This document shows positions 37,201 through 49,700 of a stretch of 64,000 nucleotides of DNA, in pieces. The notes under the pieces are model-generated. The model did not search any database, was not told the DNA's origin, and saw nothing but the letters and a program-made list of their open reading frames with translations. Made by a program: the position numbers and the translations under genes. The number at the start of each line of letters is the position of its first letter. The first letter of the stretch is position 1. The DNA is from Cyanophora paradoxa CCMP329. Taxonomy: Eukaryota; Plantae; Glaucophyta. The stretch covers positions 496,001 to 560,000 of the forward strand of contig QPMI01000496.1 in NCBI GenBank assembly GCA_004431415.1, read 5' to 3'.

Positions 37201-38520
37201 TTCGAGTACCTGCACTGAGCCACGTGCCTCCGCGGCTTCGAAATACAAGCCGAAAAGCAGAGCGACGGATCTCGGGTTCTGCTGCGTTGTTTCCTACGTA
37301 TCGCAGCACGGGTTTCATGGTCAGAGAGCTCATAGCGCCGGCGCCGCTCGCAACGACAGATTGTTTCATTATCACGAGCAGTAGCGGACCTCGATGGGTG
37401 TGAGCGTGCAGGTTATTGGATCGCCAGGAAACAATGAAGAGGCTGGGCAAGAAAGGCTGGCACCGGCAATGACGGCTGTGTGATGCGGTAAATTGAATAA
37501 GTATAGGAATCATCATAGAAATCACATCGCGCACTTGTCAGTGTGATGGAGAAAAGCGTGTAGCTGCTGTTGCCAACGCTCACGGCGAGGGAGCTGCCGG
37601 AGAGGCCGGCGAGCTCGAACGAGACGAGCAGGTTGACCGTCCCTTCGTCGGTGAGGTCCGAGAGGGCGAGGGACGCCTCGAACTGGCTTCCGACCTCCGG
37701 CCCGGAGAGGGGGAGGGCCTCGGGGGCCGGGTACGAGCTCTCCTCGCCCTCCGCCACAGCGACGATCACCTGCGGGGGGTTGAAGGCGTCCCTCCGCGCG
37801 TAGACGGCCGCCCCGGACTTGCGCGGGTAGAGCGTGCACGTGAAGACGCCGGCCGAGGGGACGACGTACTTGTTCGGGCACGCAACTCTGCTTGTCAGGT
37901 CGGCATCGTCTGCGCGCGCGTTCTCGTGTTAAAGTCGTTTAAATCTCCATAAATGTTCACATGGCAGCGCGCGTGACGGACCGTAAACGAGGACAGAGGA
38001 GGAGAGACGAACGGTCGTCCCGTCCCTAAGAGCCAGCGCGAAAGATCCGTGCCCTGACGCCGGGCCCGCTACTGCGGTGAAGGTGATATTCGCTCCATCG
38101 GCGGCGCTGCCGCCTACGGCTGCGGACGCGAGCGCCCCTGCGACGGAGATGCCAACGACATCGCTCGCGCCTGCGATGGGAGCGCCTGCGCGGCGAAGGG
38201 CGACTGTCCCCGGGAGGGAGTCTCCAACCCGCACAAAGCCGCCGGCCTCAAAGAGAACTATACTCGTCTCGTCGGGCGTGCTTTCGAGCGGATCTGTCGC
38301 TGGAGCCGCGAACGCTGCGCACGCGCATTCCCCATTAATGCGATTCAGTGCGCATGAATATTGCAAATTGCATGCGCATGCCCCGTTAACGTGACCCCAT
38401 CAACGCGTGGATACGTCTCGCATGCGCACCTGTGTACAAACTTTCGCAAACCGAGAGATAGACGCAAAGCCAGCAGGCAATTGCAAGTCGCAGCGCTAGC
38501 CGAGTCCGCGAGATATACAT
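28206..38520 (-). CDS. Giant receptor-like multi-pass membrane protein A (signal peptide, beta-rich repeats, PKD, IPT/TIG, Cys-rich GCC2/GCC3-like, multi-TM, cytoplasmic tail)
   Basis: Signal peptide MYISRTRLALRLAIACWLCVYLSVCES; PKD-like WRFGD...HQFATPGDVVVVVTVRNDLS; IPT-like STIGGQAVTISGERF; CSLCPIGEYQPLTNQTRCNKC; TM region WPDIIKLLVTWLSITNINLQTARPEC and YGFLVLNFRHKYSYW. Many exons, boundaries approximate. Confidence 0.75.
28315..30125. repeat. Direct duplication of about 720 bp (28315-29036 and 29406-30125) of multi-exon coding sequence
   Basis: Near-identical blocks, e.g. CTGCTCACCGCGACGCTTCCGGGGTTGAGAGAGCC near 28449 and 29546; both end ...GCGCGGATCTCCTGG. Confidence 0.93.
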
Positions 38521-39138
38521 ATCTCGAACTCGTCTTGCACTATATAATATTCAGCTGTGTCTTGCATTCATATATGCATGATCAATGATCATGATGACAT
38601 ACATGCATAAAGATATGTGCAGGCTCTTGCTAGCAAAGTCGCGTGCTCATTGTCAGGCCACTCGAGCTCGGGCCTGCGGTGAGATCTACATATGCATGCA
38701 TATGCATATGCACGCGCCGACCGCAAATCTAGTCATCAAATTCGTCGTTCTTGCTAGCTATAGAGCTGGCGTACAGGCCTAAAGCCGATCGATATCGTTT
38801 GCAACACACCAGCACGCTGCAGCTGCGAAACTGAGGACCCGGGATAGCCCGAGGAATTCGAAATGCGGAGGAATGCTTCCACAAATTACCGTACCATGAC
38901 CGCAATGCATGCGGCGCCCTGCGCGTACTCTGCCAGAATGTGCGTGCGGTCACCGGGTGGCAACTTTTACTGGCTGCGTGACTGGCAAGTTACTGAGTCA
39001 CTGCCGCGGTCCGTGCCACTCCGTGGACCGTGGGCCGTGGCGGTGCAACACTGGCGCAGTCTGGCCGCCTGTGCCACGGTGAGCCCAGCTGCAGGCCCCA
39101 GGCCCCCAGGCCCCATCATGGGATTCATGGCCCCCATA

Positions 39139-39402
39139 CCGTGTAGAACAATATTAATTCGCACGATATTAGTTCGTTTTTAGACCCAGACCTCGACCAT
39201 AGTAATTAGTTCGGTCTCAAATTAGTGCGTTTTTTCGTTTCCAGTGTATGGGGCGAGGGGTACACACCGTACCCCTATGGCATTTTCTTAGCGTCCTTTT
39301 ATTAGTGCGGTCTCAAATTAGTGCGTTTTCACGGCAAAAAACGCACTAATTTGGTACCGAACTAATATTAAATTATGCGCGAACTAATAGTCTGTTGCAC
39401 GG
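39139..39402. mobile_element. Non-autonomous Tc1/mariner-superfamily-like MITE
   Basis: TA|CCGTG...CACGG|TA; imperfect TIRs; about 8 internal ATTAGT[T/G]CG motifs in both orientations; AT-rich, no ORF. Confidence 0.75.
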
Positions 39403-40705
39403 TAATCCGGGGCCCATTCTGAGTCATGGGCCCCGCGGCCTCATGGCATGTCCACAGTGGACAGTACTAGTACTGTACTACTAGTACTAGTAGTCCACTG
39501 CCAGCGCTACCGGACCTAGTAACGGACCGGTACCTTGGCGGCGTTGGCGCCAGTCAGCCATAAAAAACGCTGAGCGAGGAGGCGTCGCTGGCGGAAAACG
39601 CCAAGCGTAGCGGCCGCTGGAACCTCGCGAGCGAAGCGACAGCCAGCGACCACAGCCCTAGTACCGGTAGCCTGGCCGCCAGGCACGCCAGAGTCTGCGT
39701 CTCAGTCGACGTCTCAGACTCTCAGAGTCTGCGCTGCAGAGTCAGTGCAGAGTCACTGCAGACTGCACATGCCATGAATGGCCCATGATGCAGATCTACT
39801 AGGCTAGATCACAGCGATTCACAGGTACTGCAGCCTGCAGGCTGCAGCTGCAATCTGCAGTCCGACGTTCCGACTCGGCGACGGTCACCTGACCAACTTT
39901 GCAAGCCTTTGGAAGTTAATTTTGCATGCGGTAAAGACGATTTTAATTAATTCCGTCTGGTCACCTGACAGTGACTCACCGCATAATCCTAATATGCCAT
40001 GGACCATGGTGATACTGTAGTACTAGTAATCTCAGCTGAGGATTCAGTGGCCATGGGCCGGGGCACAGCTGCGCAGCCGCACAGGCTGCCGCCGGCGCCC
40101 GCCGCCTGCCGCAGTTGAGCGGCGAAGTTGGGCCTCTCAGGCCCCCCCCAGGCTCTCAGGCTCTGCCGGCCCGGCGGCCGGCCGCCGCGGGCCGGGGCGT
40201 TGTACTGTGTGAACTTGTACAGTGTACTTGTAGGTATGAGTTGTGCTTTAACTTAGTAATTGAAAGTACGTGCGATAAGCTAAGACAGTTATAAAGACAT
40301 AAGCTAAGCTAGCCCCAGCCGGCGCGGCGGCCTGCAGCAGCGCGCGACGCACTGAGTGCCAGTGTGCCACTGATCTTCAGCTCGCGCGCCGCTCGCCATC
40401 GATACATCCGCCGTTTATCTGGTCAGCCGTGCACTGCGCGCATTGCGCGCGCATGCAATTGCAAGCGCTGCAGCGGGAGATGAGAATGATCCTGAGACAC
40501 CTTTAAGCAAGCCTGCGCCGAGGCCGTATGCGTATATGCGTATGCGTGCATGCTTATATTCAGCCTTAATATGAGACGTCCACGGGCATGTACATATACG
40601 AGAACGCCCGTGCAAAGAGCTCTGTTGCCAGAAGAGCGTGGGCAGGCGGCGCAAATTCGACTTGCGCGTGTACATGTGGCTGCGTCCGGCTTCCGGTCCA
40701 GCGCC

Positions 40706-43700
40706 ATGTTCACGGGCTGCAGCTGTCTAATTGTTGCTGGAGTTCTTCTTTTAGCGTCGTTTACACTGGCTCAAGGTCTGGTCCTTACCTCCAGTTCCAG
40801 TTCCAGATTGATCGAATACAAATGCTTTAATGTTTATTGTCGCGATCGGCACAACTCTGACTGAGACAGTGCAGACTACGCGCTCAGCCTCACGGATCGC
40901 GGGTCCATTACGCAGACTGCGGGCTCCTTCCAAGCGCGAACCTTTGCCGCTGGCGTGGCGTACCAGGTCGAGGTCTCCCCGGGCCAGCTAAGTTATCGCT
41001 TTGCGGTCTTCGGCGGCCAAGGCTGGCAGAGTGGCGGCGGCAACAACGAAGAGGATTACAATGATATTTGGATGCTTAATGCTGGACAACAGCACCCCGC
41101 ATTCGGTCCGCGCTCGCCCCTCGAGCGCGTACCGCGTATATACGTAGCGCCACACGTTTATACGCTCGCGCAGGGGCTGGGGCCTGGACAGATTCAGGAA
41201 ACATGCCAGCTGCTGGTGGGCACTACTCATGCTCGTGGGACGGGTCGAGCTCTGCATCTACGTCAAAGATATACTGCTCAGGTGCGCATTACAATTATTC
41301 TTTCTTGCTTTCTGGATTCCCCTTGCTCGAGCTCATGCCCAGTCAACGGAATCTGTAGGTGGACAGTCCAGCAGTGGCCCGTGGTCGACTCGACTCTTCA
41401 GTCTGCCGTCATCGTCTCTAGCGAGTCGAGATTCGCTCGCAGCGATGCCGGTTGCGAGGGGCGGGCATTGCTCTACCTTCTACGGTTCGCAGTACTGGGT
41501 GAGCGCTTTGTACGATTAGCCTAGTAGTACTTGAGATCACGGCCGGCAGTAAAAGCCGGCCAATACAAACAGTACTAGTCGATTGCGCGCGCCCACTCAC
41601 TGCGAGCGTGTCTGGATCCGAACAGGTGTTCGGCGGCTCTTCGTCGACTATTGAGTTCCGAAACGACCTCCTGAGATACAGCGTCTCGTCCGATTCATGG
41701 ACCAGTGTCCAGGCGGACGGACAGAAGATCATACCGGGACGAAAGCACGCGGGATGCGCCCTTATCGGTGCGTGCACACATGCGTTGCAGGGATTCGATC
41801 GCGCCTGCAGCTGTTCAGGAACCGGCTGCGCAAACGCAGGGAATCAATGGTACATTGGCGGCGGGCAAACGGAATTCAACGAAGCATTTACCTTGTAGTA
41901 AGCCTCAACACATGTCATGCGTTTGTTCGCACGACGGCCTCGACTTAGCATTCGCAGCGCGGTGAATTTGGACTCGCCGACAACCTTCAGGGTTGTCTCT
42001 ACATACGGAGGCTCCGCGTACGCGTACGCCTCCAGCATACGCCTCGCGGCCTGCCGGGAGCTCCTGCTGTCTCTTTACTCGACCGGAGACCTTCTTGTCA
42101 TCAATCCTGCGGGTGTGCATACATGTACAATTGCGAGAGATTTTCCACGCACCCGGTTTATCTTTACTGTGCTCAGATGGCGCTGTGCTCGCCTCTCAAA
42201 CAACTAATTTCGCACTTGAGAATGCCGCCGTGGCCTCTGATCAGTCATCGGACACCTGCAGAATGTGCGGCGATAGCGATTCGAATTCGGATTTTCATTC
42301 TGCGCCTGTGATGACTGGGGTGCAGGTTTGTAGCGACGGGCAAGGATGTAGTGGAGTCTAATGCTCAAGGAATAAGCATTGCTAGTGCAAACTTCTACAC
42401 TGCCACGGGTGATTGATTTGTTAACCTACGACTTGGAGCGGTCTGTCTGGCTGGCTATATCTGACAAGAGCCTTGCTCTAGCCACGATACCGCCAATGTC
42501 GATCTCGTGGACATTTCCGTCTCCTGCCGAGAGCCCCGTCTCGTCCGTTGCGCGCGGCAGCGCTCTCACCCTGGTCTATTCGTCCGCCACGCGCACGTTT
42601 TCCTCTGCCACGGCTTCCCTCGTGCGCGAGAACTCAGACGGATCCATCGGAGCCACCCTCGTGCGCCAGCTAAGCAAAGGACGTCTCCGTTAACGTTGTC
42701 TGATCTGATGCAAATAAATGCGAGCAGTTTCAATTCCCGGACTCGATATCTTTTCTCGTCTCCGGTGGCACTATCTCTTTGTCCGTGCCATCGCGTGTGG
42801 GCAGCGGCCACTTCAAGATACAGATAACAACTCTGGCCCCCTCCAACTTGAATCTGCGCTCGCCGAGGCTCCACCTTCCTTCCAGTGAGCTTTTAAACTT
42901 ACGCCTTCACGATATTAATCATATGTGTACAATTTGCGGTCGAACAAATTTACGCCTTCACGATATTAAAAATAAGAGTACAATTTGCGGTCGAGCACGT
43001 GATCAAAACCAGATTCTAAAGGACTGAAACTGGATGCACGTGCACAGCGGGACTTCTAAACATTTCTTCCCCAACTGCTGGGCAGAAGGTCCCGCTGGGC
43101 TACTCTCTACTCGTCGCGTGGACAAACGCTTCCACTTCGTTCGCGGCATATGCAACCTTGCATCTCAGTGCAGGTGGCTCGATTCAGGTCCGCTGAACAT
43201 ATCACTAGATTTGCGTTGACGTTGGCGGCTGAGATCGCAAATTAAATTAAATTCGCTCATGGGCTGGCACGAACGCAGACATGGCAGGCGACAAGGAACC
43301 TGAACAGCTTCAGCGTGAGCAGCAGGAGCTCCAGCCTCTACTTGGCAATACCCACAGACCTCGCGCTGCGAGAGTACGCGATCATTGTCGAGGAGCGCAG
43401 CTCGACGCCATACGCACAGGAGATCCTGCCGTACTTCGTGCTGGCGGCCGCAGGTACGAGACACCCTCATGATCATGATTCAGTACTAGTAGTACCAGTA
43501 GAAGGTTTCCGAGCCTAAGAACCTTCGCGCGTGCAGAACCTCCAGCCGCACCGGTAGCCGTCAACAACACGCAGCTGCAGGTCATGAACGCCACCCAGGC
43601 CCAATTGACCATTGGATTCTCCCGTGGACAGGGCGTCTTATTCGCAACACTCAGCTGCACGAGTGTCCGGGGATCGTTCTCCAGCTCCTCAGCTCTCACT

Positions 43701-46700
43701 GACGCGGACGCCGGCGGAAAGCTGCTTGTCCTTGTCACGACACCCTCCTACTCCGGGAGCTTTGTGCTCTCGTGCAGTGTGGCCTTGAAGGGCTTCCAGA
43801 ATCTGCAGTCCTCTGCTCTCACTCTAACTCCGGCAACTATGCCAGCTGGTCCGCGTAGTGGATTGCGTAGCCTGATTTTTAATCTCTTGGTTGAATAACG
43901 ATGTGCGTGCTCTCAGCTATCCCATCGGCGCCATCCTCTTTCATGACGACGGTGCTTTCGGCTACTGTCCTTTCAACTTCCTTCAAGTTCAATAGAGAAG
44001 AAAGCGTCTCCTCTGTCGAACTGAATTGCACTGGGTTCGGAGGACCTTACTCAAAGATCACCCCCGTCACGGACGACGACGCAGCAGGAAAATCCATCAC
44101 GCTTACCACTGCGCCTAAGTACGATGGCGAGTACAGTCTTTCATGCAACGCTGCAGTCCGCGCAATTACGGGCCTCCTGTCACCAAGCGTCGTCCGAACT
44201 GGAATCACGGTCCCCTCAGGTGCACAGTTCGATGCTTGTTTAAAATGGATAAATCTGATGCATTATTACACGCAGAGACGCCCTCGAGCCCGTCGCTGGT
44301 GTCCGTCTCCGTGCGGAAGAGCACGGGGCAGACGCAAGTCCTCATCACAGTTGCATACGCCGCCGGCCAGAACGTTACGAGCGCGACCGTGACGTGCACC
44401 GGCTTTGGCGGGCCGTACAGCAGAACGATCTCAGTCGCGGATTCGAGCTCGGCAGGCGCGAGCCTCACCCTCGACGTCGCTTCTACTGATGTCGCGGGGA
44501 CGAGCTATGTCCTCTCCTGCTCTGCACAAGTGCGGGCCGTCACCTCCAAATCTTCGTCCCTCTTGGATATCGGGCAGATCACTATGCCTGCGGGTGCGAG
44601 CCGGATTTCTCATGATCAAAGCGATGATCAAGTCCGCGCTCTCGTGTAGAAATTCTCACGTGCGCGTACATGCGCAGAGCCCGACTCGACATCACAAATT
44701 TCATGCGCGCGGCGCGGCGTTCTCGTCGGCCCAGGGACGCAGCTAAACTGCACCTTCACGCCGCGCAAGGTCGGCGTGAGTGCCGTGGCGGACGTTAGCT
44801 ACATCCATCTGGTTGTAGAAGGGGCCGCGGCCACCAGCCTCCTCCCGCGCACTCTCGCGAGGAACTTTACTTTCTCCTTGCATCCCGGCTCGATGTCGAG
44901 CGTGTTCCAAGTCGCCGCACACCTGCGCTGGAATGGCGTCAACACGACCGTGGCAGCGTTCAATTTCACGGCCTACGATGTCCCGTCGAACAACGCGACG
45001 AATCTTGCCTGCGCTCCGCACATTTTAAGAAGCTCGCCGCAAGCGTGCACGGTCGCTTTCCGCAAGAGGGTCAACCCGAACACTTCCACGCAAGTATATG
45101 CGCATCTGGCAGAAGTGCTCCTCACGCCTGCTGGGAACGGAACGGCCATGGTCGCCGGCGGATTTGACGAGTACGCAAGCGTTATCAATCGCTCTTTACT
45201 AGTCGGACCTGTCATGGGCGTATCTGAAACCAAAGTGGATCTACCTGCCGACGGAGGCACGGTCAAATTCATTACAGACGTCTTTGAGGAGCCCGACGAA
45301 ACAACTAACATTGCGGTGCCCCGGTTTGCACCTTCCAACCCAAGGCCTGCTCCTTTCAGATTAAATATCCCGACACGCATTCCACGGTCTCAGGTCGACA
45401 TTACTCCGCGGGCGCTCGATGAACGTGACTGTGATTCCCCGCTTTGCCGGGGAGCGCATCTACGCAAACTGCTCGGCCCTCGTGCTCGACCCGGCCCGCT
45501 TCGCGAACCTCGATCTGCAGATTGAAGTCGCTTTCGGGCGGGACGCGTTCCTCGTAAACACGACGTCGGCTCAGTCTCCAACCACGTTCTGCAGAGAGTT
45601 CTTCGTAACGCGTGCGTGTTGCATGCATTGCACGGCTTGATGGCCACGCTCGCTGACCTCTGGTCGAATTGAATAGTTGGGTCTATTTCTCTGCAAGCTG
45701 CGACCGACCAGAAGCTACCGACCTCCACGGGCTACGTGGGAGTGCGCGTCTTGATGGCCAGCAGCAGATTTAGTAATATGTCGACCGTCGCAGTGTTTGC
45801 CTCGCCAGGTGGGTAAATAAAGGATATCGATGTTGAAAGGCGCGATCGACTATAAGAGAATCTCAGATTCGCAAACGGAGCTTCGCTGTCCCTCCGTTGT
45901 CACCCTCTCATCGAACACTCAAAATAGCTTCGTGTGCACACTCATTCCAAAGTTTGGACTCGGAGGAGATGTCGTGCTTGGTGCTCGAATATTCGATTCT
46001 CAAGCTCGAGCTCGTCTTGACTCACACAACCTGAGAGTTTGACATTTGCCCGTGCACGCAGCCGCTTTGAGCAACTTCCGGGCCGAGATTCCCGAGGGCT
46101 CCACTGTCGTCTTTCCGAGAGCGCGGCTCGAGGGGAAGACAGGGCGCCTTTACGGCAAATCGTTCTCGGTTATTGTGGACGTCGACGCCAGCGCCAGCGC
46201 AGCAAGCACATCAGCCGTCCGAAGTGGAACAATCGGCATGAATCTGCTAAGCATGTTCCAGGGCTGCTGCCAGGACAATTTCCAGAGCTGCTGCAGTAGA
46301 GACATTCTTATTTATCCCGCCGCCGACGAAACTTCGCGCGTCGAGTGTGCCGACAAGTACATGATTCAGGGCAGCTCGTTGACTTGCGACGTGGTTCCGC
46401 TGGCCGCGGTGCGCGACATCACGGCTCTTGGTCGCTCTTAAGCTTTTATTGTGAATGACTACGAACTGCGCTGTTTTCGACTGCGCAGAACACGACCGTT
46501 GTCGTCCCGCGATCGAATTTGGGCGTTCCCGTTGTCGGAGGGGCATTGCAGAGCGCGTCAAACTTTTCCGACGCGAGAACATTCGACAGCCGCTTCACGT
46601 TTTCAGTGACGAGCGCAGCCGGAGCCGTAGGCGAGGGGTATGGGGCTGTGCTTCTCAGCGAAGCGCTACCCGGGACCATCTCGCTGAACTTCTCTGTGGA

Positions 46701-49700
46701 CGTCGTCGCGAGACCGAACGCGAGCAGCGAGGTCGTCTGCCCGGCCGCGGACTCGAAGCACGTCGTGCATCACTCGTCGATCGTGAACGTGAGCGTCAAC
46801 ACGGGCGTTACCACCATCCCGAGGTAAACGTTCGCGCACGATGTTCTGTCCCGTGCTAGTGAGTTGCATTTGATTGCAGCCGTTTGCAGCGCATTTGCAG
46901 CACCTCGCATCGACAACACTTCAGTTCAAGCTTCAATTGTCGGGTCGTTTCCGGCTTCTATTTTCACTTTTTCTATTGGCCTCAATGCGTCGAGCATCGC
47001 GACCGGGCTGCGGACCCTGAGAATGTTCCTTGCATCTATCTCGGATTCGAACTCCAACGCAACGCATCAACTTTCGCCGACATGCGACCTTCTAGTGTAC
47101 GGTAATTGCTGTTCATTTCTTCTCCCCCTCCAAGGTTACATGAACGGGCGGCCGATCGCGAGTACTCTCCTATCGTCAGATACCCCCGATGGAGGCGCGG
47201 TCGAGTGCACTGACCATGAGATGGAACTGACGGACGCCATCTCTTCGGCTCTGTGCTGGGTGCGGCCGCTCAAAGCAGGGCGCGGGATCTATGGGATGGC
47301 CAGATTCTTTGGGGCACCCCGGTCGAACGACACTGCGACTCTTTCAGTTGCTTCGGACGGGATTGAGTGGATTGACAACGCAAGCTTCGAGCCAAGCGAT
47401 CGATTTCTGTTTCGCGTGCAGCCCGAGCGAACGGGGCCCGCCGAGCTCGTTGTGCCCGCTAATTTCAATCCGCAAGCCGCTCCCGTCTTCTTGACCAGGA
47501 AGCTATGGGTGTTCGCCACCCCGGACAACGCGTCCGTGACATGCTCGAATGAGGGTTTTGCAACGGTGAACCAGACCGTGTATTGCAGGTGCTCGCAAGC
47601 CTTCAACCTGATTTGTTCGAATGCAATTAGGCTAATGCAGTGCGGTCCGCAGCGTCACTCCGATGCGACGTGGGCAGCCCGTCTGGGCGCGAGATTCTTC
47701 CGTCAGCCTCTCGCTGCGCTTGCTTCCTCCCGCGACGACGCTGGCCCGACATCTGCTCCAGGAGCCCCAGCCGGTCATGCTGAGCGCACTGAACCGCGGT
47801 ATTCAGGACGTGTTCGTGTACGAGTTCCTGCCCGCCACTACTGGCGCGATGGAGGTGTCCCTCCAAGTGGAAGACACCTCCTTTGTCCAGGCGATCGCTG
47901 CCCGTGCGCGCTTGTCGCTCGTCAGCTGCAGTGCATGTGAATTGCTGCAGCTGGTAATGGAGAGAGTCCGCAGAGGTCCCGATCGAAGGATTCGCCGTTG
48001 ATTTCCCGCGTTTGGTCGTCGAGGCCAGCGCGTTTTCCGCATCTGCAAGCGTGTCTGCGGGATCTGACGTGGAGTACACCTGGTGCATGTCTCTCTAGTT
48101 ATAAAATTACTTAAATTCAAACTCGTTGAGCTGCGCGCACGCACATGCACGCAACTGCCACTGACCGTACTGTGCGTGCGCAGGGATGTCGGCTATCCAA
48201 GCTCGACGCCCGTCGTGCTCACCGGCCAATACGTGTCTTTCGCGTACCCTGAAGCCGGCCTGTACACGGTATCCGCCCGAGCGCGCAACGGCATCTCAGC
48301 AAACCGTACCAGCTTCAGCGTGCTGGTCGAGAGCCCGTTCAAGGACCTCCGGCTCGACGTGTGCCCGGAAGTTTCCCACAGGTCGGAGTGCGCGCTGCGC
48401 GCTTCGGTGGCGGCCGGCAGCAACCCGCGCTTCGCGATGACGGTCGAGGGTGCCGTTAAGAACGAGACCCTCGTCCGACACGCCTTCTCGATTCAGCGGG
48501 GCTACGCGGTTACAACGTGCGCATCATTATAGACCTATATATCGTTATCGTTATCCGCCCCACATGAACATAGACCTGAAATGAGTCCGACGCTCGCCTG
48601 TCTGCTCGTGCCCGTCTCTGCAGACACACTGTCGCCCTCAACGTCTCGAACGCGCTCTTCTCCGCGAGCACCTCCGCCACCGTGACCGTGTTCCCGCCGC
48701 GCGTCCTCTCGGTGACCCCTGCGGCGCTGCCCGCATTCGAGAGCTCGCGGCGGGCTGTGACCATCGCCGGCGAGCGGTTCGGCGGAGCGAACTCGACGGG
48801 GCGGCTCCTTTGCTACTTCGGCGACGCGATGGCGGAGGCCGAAGTGCTCTCCGAGACGCTGGCGACGTGCCGCCCGGCGCCGCACACGCCGGAGACGGTG
48901 CGGCTTGTCTTGGCCTACGCAGAGGACCTCGAGACCGGGACCACGCTGGCCGACCTCGCGTCCCTGGGAGCCGATTTCGAGTTCGAAGGCACGCGCCCTC
49001 AAATTTGAATGCATGATCTCGTTCAAGCTTAAGCGCTGAGCGGCCTGTATTAATATTACTCTTTGAAAATTGTCCCCGCAGGATGCCCCCCCGGCCACTC
49101 CACGAAAAACTTCCTCGAGGTTCCGTGCACTCCGTGCGAGGCCGGTGCGCTTTGTTATTCACGAATGTAACCCCTGAAAGTCTCGCATTTGATCCCAGCC
49201 CAACGTGCTCTTACATTTTGGCCAACATTGCAGGCTTTTTCAGCACGGGCGGCAAGGTGGAAAAGTGCAGTGCGCAACCTTCGTTCTTCCCCGCTACTAG
49301 AGCACCTATATTCGGGTCTCTGACTTTAAAATACTCTGTGTCTGTCTGCAGCTCCATGCGCCGCGAACTCGTACCAGGACCAGCCGGCGAGCACGTCGTG
49401 CATCCCCTGCCCGGCGAACTCGGAGTCGTCGGAGGGCGCCTCATCCCGCCCGTTCTGCGTGTGCCGCCCGGGCTTCTTTGGCGAGGCCTTCAACGGCCGC
49501 GATTGCCAGCAGTGCCCTCTCGAGAACGTGATCTGCAACGCCGCAAACATGACGTACCCCGTCGCGCGTGCTGGGTTCTACGTTTCAACTCAGACGCCGT
49601 CGGAGGTCTTTCAATGTGATCCGTGCGCCGCCCCTGCCTGCAGCGCTTTCCGTTTCGCACGTTTAGAAAAACGATCAGACCCGAGGCCTGCCTTGAAGGA

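Noticed and set aside
39500-39665. CACAGCCCTA resembling a hAT-type terminal repeat
   Set aside because: No partner TIR or 8-bp target-site duplication found.
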